Virus record (IMG/VR): IMGVR_UViG_3300006867_000087
Span: 1-24,897 of that record
Reading direction: 5' to 3' (one strand)
Source: a virus
Lineage: Duplodnaviria; Caudoviricetes
Length of the DNA: 24,897 nt
Shown: piece by piece, positions 17,467 through 24,897 of the stretch
Layout of the letters: every line of letters begins with the position of its first letter
Position numbering within the stretch: the stretch's first letter is position 1
Made by a program: the position numbers and the translations under genes
The notes under the pieces: model-generated
Told to the model about the DNA's origin: nothing
What the model saw: the letters and a program-made list of their open reading frames with translations, nothing else
Database searches by the model: none

Positions 17467-18858
17467 TTAACTTCCTTTCCTGAAAGTATCTGCAACTTTG
17501 ACATATTTTGCTTCGAAATTATTTTTGTAATCATTACCGTTGCTGTCTTTTTCTATAAGTGTATTTTCAGGATTTTCATTGTCTGTTTTAGCCGGAACAA
17601 ACTGTTTAGGATCAAGATTTTCATGTCCAAACCAAGGTTCGTGCTGTGGAGTTCTTAAAGGTGTGTAAGCAGGTGTAGCAGTTGGGCCATTCATATGAAT
17701 AGCATCTGGTGCAGTTTCTTTGTGCGTTTGGGTTGCATTGATATGAGTATTTTTTGCAGATATTCTTCCATCATTGCCTGCTTTAAGACAAATGTTTCTA
17801 CCTGCTGTCATTATAATATCTCTATCTGCAGAAATATTCAAATCATTTTTTGTGTGAACACTTACACTATCATTTGCGAATATATCAATTTTACCATTGG
17901 CTGTCATTTCAATCCAAGTAGTACCTTTGGCATTGCCTATGTAAATTAAATCTTCTGTGTTGTGCATTAGTATTTGATGACCGGTTCGTGTTCGCCATCT
18001 TGTTAGTTCATTGTGAGGAAGGCTAGGATCACCGACTTCATTTTTCTCAACACTTGCATACTCTGGAGGACCAGCATTATCTCCACTTGCAGGAGACTTT
18101 CTTAATAAAAATGGATCACCATCATCCATTACAAAACTAGATCCGCCCAATCTACTGAAGGGCACTTGGCTTCTTGCAAATTTTTCACCATACGCAGCTG
18201 TAGGTTTACCTTGCCGTCTATCATGAGGTCCTGGTGTACTCATTCCAAATACCATACTTGGTATTTCTCTTCTTGCACTGCTTGTAGTAGTTCCTCTAAC
18301 AGTGTCGCCTATAAGTCCCTGTGTATCTAAAACATTACACTGATCAGTATTACAAGGTTTTATATATTTTGTAGGATCTCTGCCCACAGCAGATTCAAGC
18401 TCTTTGTTATATTCGCCTACTGGTTTTGGATTTGTTTTATCTTCATCATTATAGGTAGTTGAAGCATTGCCAGGCATCATAAAGTTCATATATTTGTCCT
18501 GTACGCAACCAATCCAGTATCCGTAACCTATGTTTTCTTCCATAGCAAGAACAATTACTTTAGTTCCTACATCTGGGGGTATCGCCCAAAATCCATAACT
18601 TTTTTGTGTGTAATCAAATCCAGGATTTGCTTTAACTCCTTCTCTAGGAGTCTGGCCCATAAAAGGACTTACATGATAACATGGTAGCAGGTATCCACTG
18701 CTGTCACCAGGATTTCCAGATTCAGTAATTTTTAAAATATCAACTTCAACTCCGCCCATGTATTCAGAATCTAGATGATTTACAATTTTTCCAATAAATG
18801 GTCCAGCTCCCTTCATCCAGGAAGGACGACGCTGTCTTGTAAATTTATTTCTACTCAT
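17467..18858 (-). CDS. Baseplate central spike, gp5/VgrG/gpV-like (OB-fold plus beta-helix), 463 aa, no lysozyme domain recognised
   Basis: N-terminal OB-fold-type motif YGFWAIPPDVGTKVIVL..GYWIGCV. C-terminal RTRTGHQILMHNTEDLIYI..GTTWIEMTANGKIDI followed by short beta-strand repeats. Located between the hub-like gene and gp25. Confidence 0.8.
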   Translation of the reverse strand: MSRNKFTRQRRPSWMKGAGPFIGKIVNHLDSEYMGGVEVDILKITESGNPGDSSGYLLPCYHVSPFMGQTPREGVKANPGFDYTQKSYGFWAIPPDVGTKVIVLAMEENIGYGYWIGCVQDKYMNFMMPGNASTTYNDEDKTNPKPVGEYNKELESAVGRDPTKYIKPCNTDQCNVLDTQGLIGDTVRGTTTSSARREIPSMVFGMSTPGPHDRRQGKPTAAYGEKFARSQVPFSRLGGSSFVMDDGDPFLLRKSPASGDNAGPPEYASVEKNEVGDPSLPHNELTRWRTRTGHQILMHNTEDLIYIGNAKGTTWIEMTANGKIDIFANDSVSVHTKNDLNISADRDIIMTAGRNICLKAGNDGRISAKNTHINATQTHKETAPDAIHMNGPTATPAYTPLRTPQHEPWFGHENLDPKQFVPAKTDNENPENTLIEKDSNGNDYKNNFEAKYVKVADTFRKGS

Positions 18859-18875
18859 ATTCTATCCTTACTCCA

Positions 18876-21635
18876 TTAATCAGGAAAATCATCTAGAAAA
18901 GGTGAATTGTTTCTTGCTGCTCTTCTAGCTGCCTTAGCATCTATTCTTTTTTGAACTTCAGGACTCACAGGTCTATTAGATTGAGCTGCACTTCTAGTTC
19001 TAGTTGTAGATCCACCGCCCGATTCTGTTACTGTTGTTGTGCTTCTTGTAGAAGTTGTTGTTTTAGTTGTTGCTGTTTCGGTTGTATTAGTATTGTTCTC
19101 TTCGGTCACTGTTGTTGTTGCTTCACTAGATCCTTGACCTTGGCTAGTATTCGCACTGGCTGGTTCTACAACAGCATCTTTAAACATTAAATTGTCTTCT
19201 GTTGTTGGTTCGGCTGTAGTATCTTGACCTGGTTGATTACGTCTACGTATCATTTGTAAATCTTGAATAAACATTCCATCTGAAAATTTATTTGAAACAA
19301 ACAAAACTTGATATAATCCACTAAAGGCTCCGACAGGTTTAGTGCCAAGACTTGGAAAATCCATTCCACCTTCTTGATTTAAATCTAATGGTGTTCTAAA
19401 ATTTAATGATACATCAACTTCAGAACTTTGATAATCCATTGTTCCGTCTTCGGTAATGTTAATTATAGGCGTTTCCGAAGCATTATAATTTCCCATTCCA
19501 CTATCTGCTATGTAATAAGGATCACCCCATATAGTCATATTTGCTTTTACTAAATCAACATTACTATTAACCAAAGCATCGTTAAAATCCCTAGCAATAC
19601 TTGTTGCGGTCCTATCAGGAAATCCTCCACCTTCTCCACCAGATTCTGATTTTTCACTGTCATTAGTTGTAGCGTTTCCAGAACTACTAAAATTGCTAGT
19701 GTCACCCGTAGCAGTTTCTTTCTTTTCTGTGTCTGTAGCGTTCCCACTACTTTCAGATTTGGAGTCTTTTTCACCTCCTTTATATTCGCCAGCAAAAGGT
19801 GTAATAGCAACAAAAAATGCCTTATCAAATTCAATATTAAAATCTAAAACATCATCATTTTTACCAGTATAGATATAATCATATTCTTTACATGCCTGTC
19901 GTTTTAATTGTTCTATACCTGGACTTGTTTTGCTTGGAGGACTATACCGTGAAATATGTGCTTTGTAAGGGACTACTCTATATACATAAACTTTTGGAAA
20001 CTCTCCTGTTTGATCCATTTGATCGTAATTGGTTACTTGATAAACATCAACTTCAATTTTAAACCAAGGTATCATACCATTTTCATCAGGCACTGCTTCA
20101 GATATCTTTTTTCCGTAATCACTGAGAATTATAATTTCTTCAACAATTTCTTGTATTCTTGTTCCTGACTTGAATGTAAGTGTTCTACCCTTATCACTTA
20201 TTGTGATATTTCCACGTTTGAAAATTCCCGTGCCAATTGTTCGATTTTTACTAGGTGGTCCACCTGTTTGTTTTGTTTCTTCAACAAACTTAGGCCTACC
20301 AAAAGGTTGTTTTCCTCCATCAAGATAAGACTGTACAAGTTCTGATTTTCCAATATCATTCATGTTATCTTGATTTTCAGCATTTTCTCTTATAGCTTCG
20401 CCTATGCCTGAACGTTTTACTACTACGCCAAGCAGTTTGCTCAATTCAGCATCAAAGTCTGCAGGTACATTTGCATCTTCTAAACCTGTTATGCTTTGAT
20501 AAATTCTTACCTTTTCGTCTTTGTCAATATCTCTTTGCTCAAATTCTCCATTATTAAGACCTTTGTTTGTTGTAGCACTTTCTGTGTCTGCTTGTTCACC
20601 TAATAATTTTTCTTTGCTAGATGCACGTTCAGTAGGAAACATAATGATATATTCATCTGGCTGAACTACTTTTTTATCGGCTTTCTTTTTTTGTTGATAT
20701 TCGTTCATGGAAGAAGTTAAACTAAATCCACCGCTTTGCAATAATTCTGCTACAGTTCTACCTTTTAAATTTACATCTGTTTTGATATTTTGTATTTGAT
20801 CTGCAAGTCCTTGTTCGTGCCAAGGTATTGCTGTTATGTTATATTCACTGCCGCCTTCTGTAACTTGAAAGTCTATGTTAACTAATTTTATTGGATATAT
20901 TCTGCGCAGGTTTGGTTTGGTAATTTGGTTACCATTTACGTCCCATCCTTTGAAATCTATTGTTATACAGTATGGAGCTTCTAGATAGTTTTTATAGTCT
21001 GCTTGCACTGCGGCTACTTGTAGTGTTTGCAAAAACAACCCCATACTATAAGGTTCTGTTACTTTGAAACTTATATTTGTTGCATTAGTTTGCTTAGTTT
21101 TACTTGCAAGTGAAATGATTGCTTCAACTTCAAGATTGTCTATGTAATACTCTATTTGGCCGTTTTTCTCGTAGATAGTAGTTGCTTTGTTTTTACCTAG
21201 TCCGCCACCAGAACGACAAATCATTACTTCCGGATCTCTTACTCTATAGGTCTTATCAGGAAAATTAACTTCGTTGTTATTAAGAACTCCTAGACCTATC
21301 ACATAATTGTAACTTGCAAAGTCTCTTAATTCATTTGGAAAGGGCGGTCCCGACTTACTTGTAATACCAAGTATCCTATTGAATCTTTGTAATTCCTGTT
21401 CATTCCAACGCTGTACATCTCTGTAATCAGTTGGTATTTTTATATTTGGTTCAATGCTTGCAGCAGGTAATTCTGTAACTGAACCAGCAACACTATCTGC
21501 AACACCATTTACATTTATATTTGCACTTGTTTGGATAGCAGAACTTACAGTTGCAGCTTTGTCTTCAACAAAATCAGAAACTGTTTTGCCTAGTCTTTGA
21601 GCTTGCTGTAACAAGTTCTGCGGTGAAAAAGTCAT
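18876..21635 (-). CDS. Putative baseplate hub protein (gp27/gpD-like, enlarged), 919 aa
   Basis: Long ORF between the gp53-like and spike genes. The C-terminal MTIWGDPYYI and FSGLYQVLFVSNKFSDGMFIQDLQMIR resemble the G-D/N-P and GxYxVxxVxHxF strands of gp27/gpD/VgrG hubs. It has a Thr/Ser-rich tail. The function is inferred. Confidence 0.6.
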   Translation of the reverse strand: MTFSPQNLLQQAQRLGKTVSDFVEDKAATVSSAIQTSANINVNGVADSVAGSVTELPAASIEPNIKIPTDYRDVQRWNEQELQRFNRILGITSKSGPPFPNELRDFASYNYVIGLGVLNNNEVNFPDKTYRVRDPEVMICRSGGGLGKNKATTIYEKNGQIEYYIDNLEVEAIISLASKTKQTNATNISFKVTEPYSMGLFLQTLQVAAVQADYKNYLEAPYCITIDFKGWDVNGNQITKPNLRRIYPIKLVNIDFQVTEGGSEYNITAIPWHEQGLADQIQNIKTDVNLKGRTVAELLQSGGFSLTSSMNEYQQKKKADKKVVQPDEYIIMFPTERASSKEKLLGEQADTESATTNKGLNNGEFEQRDIDKDEKVRIYQSITGLEDANVPADFDAELSKLLGVVVKRSGIGEAIRENAENQDNMNDIGKSELVQSYLDGGKQPFGRPKFVEETKQTGGPPSKNRTIGTGIFKRGNITISDKGRTLTFKSGTRIQEIVEEIIILSDYGKKISEAVPDENGMIPWFKIEVDVYQVTNYDQMDQTGEFPKVYVYRVVPYKAHISRYSPPSKTSPGIEQLKRQACKEYDYIYTGKNDDVLDFNIEFDKAFFVAITPFAGEYKGGEKDSKSESSGNATDTEKKETATGDTSNFSSSGNATTNDSEKSESGGEGGGFPDRTATSIARDFNDALVNSNVDLVKANMTIWGDPYYIADSGMGNYNASETPIINITEDGTMDYQSSEVDVSLNFRTPLDLNQEGGMDFPSLGTKPVGAFSGLYQVLFVSNKFSDGMFIQDLQMIRRRNQPGQDTTAEPTTEDNLMFKDAVVEPASANTSQGQGSSEATTTVTEENNTNTTETATTKTTTSTRSTTTVTESGGGSTTRTRSAAQSNRPVSPEVQKRIDAKAARRAARNNSPFLDDFPD

Positions 21636-21938
21636 TTAAATTCCTAGTAATCTTCTTAGGTTTCCGCCTTTAGGCAGAAAAATTTCTGTACCTGCTTCAA
21701 AATCAAACACAGGATCTTTGATAGTATTAATATTCCTTTGAGCAAATACCCACCATAGATTATGATCACCATATAAGTCATATGCAAGTAAGTCTGGTCT
21801 GTGTGTATACTGCACTTCAATCACATATGGTATGTCATCTGTTTCTGCTGGAATAGGACGTATTTTTAAAAGGTCTAAATATTGTCCATTTTTTGTTTTT
21901 GTATCACCCCAAGGACTGTTAGAACTATACTTTGCCAT
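21636..21938 (-). CDS. Baseplate wedge protein, gp53/LysM-like (100 aa)
   Basis: RPDLLAYDLYGDHNLWWVF..N..DP matches the gp53/gpX LysM-like pattern. It is translationally coupled upstream (TAATG at 21936-21940) and abuts the next gene. Confidence 0.8.
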   Translation of the reverse strand: MAKYSSNSPWGDTKTKNGQYLDLLKIRPIPAETDDIPYVIEVQYTHRPDLLAYDLYGDHNLWWVFAQRNINTIKDPVFDFEAGTEIFLPKGGNLRRLLGI

Positions 21939-22840
21939 TAAATAAATCCGCCTCTACCTATATATCCACCTTTGACAAATTGATCTAGGCTAAATGATTC
22001 AACTGCTCTTCTGCTGTATATCGGTTGTACTGTTGCCTGTATGTTACTTCTTGTAGGCACCCAGGCACCATTGTCTCCATAACCAGGAACTTTGATATAA
22101 TCAACATCCTGATTAAGTTCTACAGCAAAACTTGTAATTACAACAGGTACATCTTTAAACACGTAATCTCCGTATCCATTTAGTCTAACAACCGGAGGTG
22201 GTGATCCAACATTACTTGTTTCTCCGTAACTCATTTTTGTAATACTTCTTAGATAATGGATCGCGGCAATCCAATATGCTCCTTCGTAGTTGTTTTCTAC
22301 GTAAAAATCTCCAACAATACTAAATTGATCAATTCTGGAGTTCTGGTATGCGAAAAAAGGATAATTACTATGCACTGGCTGTATTGGGCTATACGAAGCA
22401 GAGTGTGTAATATAGATTTGCGGAGTGTACGGCCAAACTAGCCCGCCGCTTTCGACCAAAGGTGATAAAATTGCACCTGGGCCTGCAAATCTTTCGTAAT
22501 TTTTAGGTAAAGATAATTTGACACGCCAATCAGGGTTTTCATTAGATGAAGTAGCAGATACAAATTCAAAATCTTCTGGCTCTGCATCAGGTAAAAGATT
22601 GAGTCCTCGTAATGCTTTACCAAATCCTGTTGAACTTACAAAATCCTGTACACGCTGTTTTGCTCCTGAAGCAAGACCTTTGATGTTTTCAGAACCTGCA
22701 AACTGTGCTACAGATGCTGCAGGATCTACGCTACTTTTAGCGTTAGCAGCTTTTTGTAATTGTCCTGCAAGACTAGCAGCGCCTTTTGCTATATTGCCTA
22801 CGCCAACTGCATTACCTAATCCGTCTGTTATATTAGCCAT
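21938..22840 (-). CDS. Putative tail-tube initiator / baseplate-tube junction protein (gp48/gp54-like), 300 aa
   Basis: WPYTPQI..HSNY..GSPPPVVRLNGYG..FKDVPVVITSF.VEL has the PP-x-V / V-I-T-S pattern of tube-fold initiator proteins. It is the first gene of the baseplate operon, ahead of the LysM-like gene. Confidence 0.6.
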   Translation of the reverse strand: MANITDGLGNAVGVGNIAKGAASLAGQLQKAANAKSSVDPAASVAQFAGSENIKGLASGAKQRVQDFVSSTGFGKALRGLNLLPDAEPEDFEFVSATSSNENPDWRVKLSLPKNYERFAGPGAILSPLVESGGLVWPYTPQIYITHSASYSPIQPVHSNYPFFAYQNSRIDQFSIVGDFYVENNYEGAYWIAAIHYLRSITKMSYGETSNVGSPPPVVRLNGYGDYVFKDVPVVITSFAVELNQDVDYIKVPGYGDNGAWVPTRSNIQATVQPIYSRRAVESFSLDQFVKGGYIGRGGFI

Positions 22841-22854
22841 AAAAAATACCTTTC

Positions 22855-22892
22855 CTATAAAGTATTTAGTTGACTTTATTAACTACGTAGTT
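22855..22892 (-). promoter_or_regulatory. Putative late promoter of the baseplate operon: AACTACG-N16-CTAAATA-N3-TATAG
   Basis: Minus strand reads AACTACG TAGTTAATAAAGTCAA CTAAATA CTT TATAG, followed by GAAAGG and the ATG at 22840. The architecture is identical to 16962-16999. Confidence 0.7.
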
Positions 22893-22898
22893 TATAAT
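22870..22898 (+). promoter_or_regulatory. Sigma70-type promoter for the late sigma factor gene
   Basis: TTGACT (22870-22875), 17-nt spacer, TATAAT (22893-22898). GGAG Shine-Dalgarno at 22912-22915 precedes the ATG at 22921. Confidence 0.8.
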
Positions 22899-22920
22899 AA
22901 CATAAATGTTTGGAGAAAAT

Positions 22921-23751
22921 ATGAGAAAAATTAACTACTTGAACAACAAAGACATATTGTCTGAGATACACAAATCAAAAAGCAATTTTTGTAGCTTTGT
23001 TGACCCTGAATACCATCAATATGATATAATTTTACCTACTGTAGAAAAAATTAACATTAGAACCATTGCAGAAGCAAAACGCAACAAAGCAAAAAGACTC
23101 CAACACAAGGATTTTGAGGCTAGAAAACAACAAGGCGAAAAAGTCAAACTTGCAGAATGCGAAATAGACTATCGAAAGATAGAAAAAGACGAGTTAATTT
23201 TCAGAATTATGACGTATGATCACATACCAGAAGAGCCAGGACGTAAGAAAAATCCTAAAACTGAAGCAGATCACAAGGTAAAGTTAAACTTTCCGCCCTT
23301 TCAACACTATAAATTTAATGATAATGATGAATTAATTTGTGTGGGCAAAAGTCACTGGCAAGGTGGTATGGAAAACGGATATTTTAGTCAAGACCACGGA
23401 AAGGCTACTAATAAACTAGCACTGATGTGGATGAAACTGTGTGATAGATATGCAACAAGAGGTAATGTTAGAGGATATACCTATAACGACGAAATGAAAG
23501 GACAGGCTATTCTACAGTTGGCTCAGATAGGATTGCAGTTTGATGAATCAAAATCACAAAATCCATTTGCTTATTATACCGCAGCTGTTACAAACTCTTT
23601 TGTAAGAGTTATCAATATCGAAAAACGTAATCAAAATATACGTGATGATATTCTCGAAATGAATCATATGAACCCTAGTTACACTAGACAAAGTCAGGGC
23701 GACTGGGAAAATCAAATGAAACGAGAAGCAGCAGCCAAAAAAACTTCTTGA
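22921..23751 (+). CDS. gp55: Late-transcription sigma factor, T4 gp55-like (276 aa)
   Basis: NYLNNKDIL, RGNVRGYTYNDEM and QFDESKSQNPFAYYT....NSFVRVINIEK match gp55 motifs. It is adjacent to gp47/gp46, as in T4-like phages. I placed the start at 22921 because of the Shine-Dalgarno spacing. Confidence 0.85.
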   Translation: MRKINYLNNKDILSEIHKSKSNFCSFVDPEYHQYDIILPTVEKINIRTIAEAKRNKAKRLQHKDFEARKQQGEKVKLAECEIDYRKIEKDELIFRIMTYDHIPEEPGRKKNPKTEADHKVKLNFPPFQHYKFNDNDELICVGKSHWQGGMENGYFSQDHGKATNKLALMWMKLCDRYATRGNVRGYTYNDEMKGQAILQLAQIGLQFDESKSQNPFAYYTAAVTNSFVRVINIEKRNQNIRDDILEMNHMNPSYTRQSQGDWENQMKREAAAKKTS

Positions 23752-23776
23752 CTTTGAATGATTTTTGCTTTACAAT
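23748..23776 (+). promoter_or_regulatory. Sigma70-type promoter for gp47-gp46
   Basis: TTGACT (23748-23753, overlapping the gp55 TGA stop), 17-nt spacer, TACAAT (23771-23776). GAGGA Shine-Dalgarno at 23791-23795 precedes the TTG start. Confidence 0.7.
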
Positions 23777-23802
23777 AGTATAAAATAACTGAGGATTGAA
23801 CA

Positions 23803-24813
23803 TTGTTTAAAAAGGCAGCAGTTTTTACTGATATTCACTTGGGCTTAAAAGGTAATTCTAAAGTCCATAATGATGACTGTGAAGCATTTGTTGATTGGTT
23901 TATAGAACAAGCCAAGGCAAACGGATGCGAAACAGGTATATTTTGTGGCGATTGGCATCACAATCGTAATTCACTTAACCTAACCACTATGGATGCTACT
24001 ATTCGATGCTTAGAAAAACTTGGACAAGCATTTGAAAATTTTTACTTCTTTGCAGGTAATCACGATTTGTATTACAAAGACAAACGCGATGTTTACTCTG
24101 TTGAGTTTGGTAGACATATTCCTGGTATTACTATTGTAGATGAAATACTTGTAAAAGATGATGTTGCATTGATTCCTTGGTTGGTGGGTAATGAGTGGAA
24201 ACAAATTGAAAAAATAAAGACCAAATACATGTTTGGTCATTTCGAACTACCAAATTTCTATATGAATGCAATGGTGCAGATGCCAGATCACGGTGAACTC
24301 AAAGCAGACCATTTCAAAAATCAAAAATATGTATTTTCAGGACACTTTCATAAGAGACAAAAACAAGGTGCTATACATTACTTAGGTAATGCCTTCCCAC
24401 ACAACTATGCAGACGCTTGGGACGATGACCGTGGCATGATGATTCTTGATAAAGAAAATGATGGCGAACCTGAATACATTAATTGGCCAGACTGTCCTAA
24501 GTACAGAACTATAGGCCTAAAGCAGTTGCTTGAAGATACAGATAACATAATCAAACCTAAAATGTATCTGCGTGTTACAATTGATGTGCCTATAAGTTTT
24601 GAAGAAGCAACATTTATCAAAGAAACGTTTGTTAATCAATACAAGTGTAGAGAAATTAGTCTAATTCCTCAAAAACAAATGGAAGAAATAACCACAGATG
24701 TTGATATTCAACAGTTTGAAAGTGTAGATCAAATTGTAAGTGGAGAAATATCAGCAATTGAATCAGAACAGTTTAACAAAAAGATGCTATTAGACATCTA
24801 CAATGAGCTATAA
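23803..24813 (+). CDS. gp47: Recombination nuclease subunit, gp47 / Mre11-SbcD-like metallophosphoesterase (336 aa, TTG start)
   Basis: Metallophosphoesterase motifs DIHLG, GDWHH, GNHD, GHFE and SGHFH. Immediately followed by a gp46-like gene. Confidence 0.93.
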   Translation: MFKKAAVFTDIHLGLKGNSKVHNDDCEAFVDWFIEQAKANGCETGIFCGDWHHNRNSLNLTTMDATIRCLEKLGQAFENFYFFAGNHDLYYKDKRDVYSVEFGRHIPGITIVDEILVKDDVALIPWLVGNEWKQIEKIKTKYMFGHFELPNFYMNAMVQMPDHGELKADHFKNQKYVFSGHFHKRQKQGAIHYLGNAFPHNYADAWDDDRGMMILDKENDGEPEYINWPDCPKYRTIGLKQLLEDTDNIIKPKMYLRVTIDVPISFEEATFIKETFVNQYKCREISLIPQKQMEEITTDVDIQQFESVDQIVSGEISAIESEQFNKKMLLDIYNEL

Positions 24814-24897
24814 ATGATAAAAATCAAAGATCTAACCGTAAAAAACTTTATGAGCGTGGGCAATCAAACCCAGGCTGTTGATTTCAACAAGGAACAA
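24814..24897 (+). CDS. gp46: Recombination ATPase subunit gp46 / Rad50-SbcC-like, 5' fragment
   Basis: ATG directly after the gp47 stop (TAAATG). MIKIKDLTVKNFMSVGNQTQAVDFNKEQ is the typical KNFMS(V/F)GN N-terminus of the family. The ORF runs off the window. Confidence 0.85.
   Translation, partial: MIKIKDLTVKNFMSVGNQTQAVDFNKEQ

Noticed and set aside
13467-22840. Bacterial contractile injection system (eCIS/T6SS/tailocin) interpretation
   Set aside because: The adjacent gp55-like sigma, gp47/gp46 and TAAATA-type promoters point to a lytic T4-related phage genome.
22906-22920. Upstream ATG start for the sigma gene (281-aa version)
   Set aside because: It lies at about the predicted transcription start, and the GGAG Shine-Dalgarno is positioned for the ATG at 22921.
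13531-22934. Short ORFs overlapping the baseplate genes (e.g. 13531-13761, 15394-15642, 16198-16533, 17695-17949, the Cys-rich 18951-19190, 19550-19834, 22518-22934)
   Set aside because: They are antisense or out-of-frame shadows. The Cys-rich one is simply the reverse complement of Thr/Ala codons.
23779-23787. TATAAAATA upstream of gp47 as a T4-type late promoter
   Set aside because: It is an imperfect match in AT-rich sequence with no upstream block, and a good sigma70 promoter already explains the region.
24010-24620. Minus-strand ORFs 24010-24240 and 24405-24620
   Set aside because: They are antisense to the well-supported gp47 gene.
1-24897. tRNAs, CRISPR arrays, introns, inteins, intrinsic terminators
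   Set aside because: None was recognised by eye. Intergenic gaps are at most ~80 nt with no GC-rich hairpin plus U-tract, and I noticed no intein splice motifs.

Overview
AT-rich segment of a large, T4-related contractile-tailed (probably jumbo) phage, read in the standard genetic code. The minus strand carries a tightly packed baseplate operon: tube-initiator-like protein (21938-22840), gp53/LysM-like wedge protein, 919-aa hub-like protein, gp5/VgrG-like spike without lysozyme, gp25 and gp6. It ends in a giant ORF missing from the supplied track, which starts at 13467 and stays open for at least 4489 codons off the left edge. That protein looks like a greatly expanded gp7/gpI-type wedge scaffold carrying a split 7-bladed FG-GAP propeller, CBM5/12-like modules and nested insertions. 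The plus strand carries a gp55-like late sigma factor with a ~135-aa insertion, gp47 (Mre11/SbcD-like) and the start of gp46 (Rad50/SbcC-like). The most novel-looking signal is a bipartite motif, AACTACG-N16-CTAAATA-N3-TATAG, present identically upstream of two structural genes. One copy overlaps back-to-back with the sigma70 promoter of the late sigma gene, suggesting an early/late switch. Family assignments come from motif recognition by eye, not database searches.
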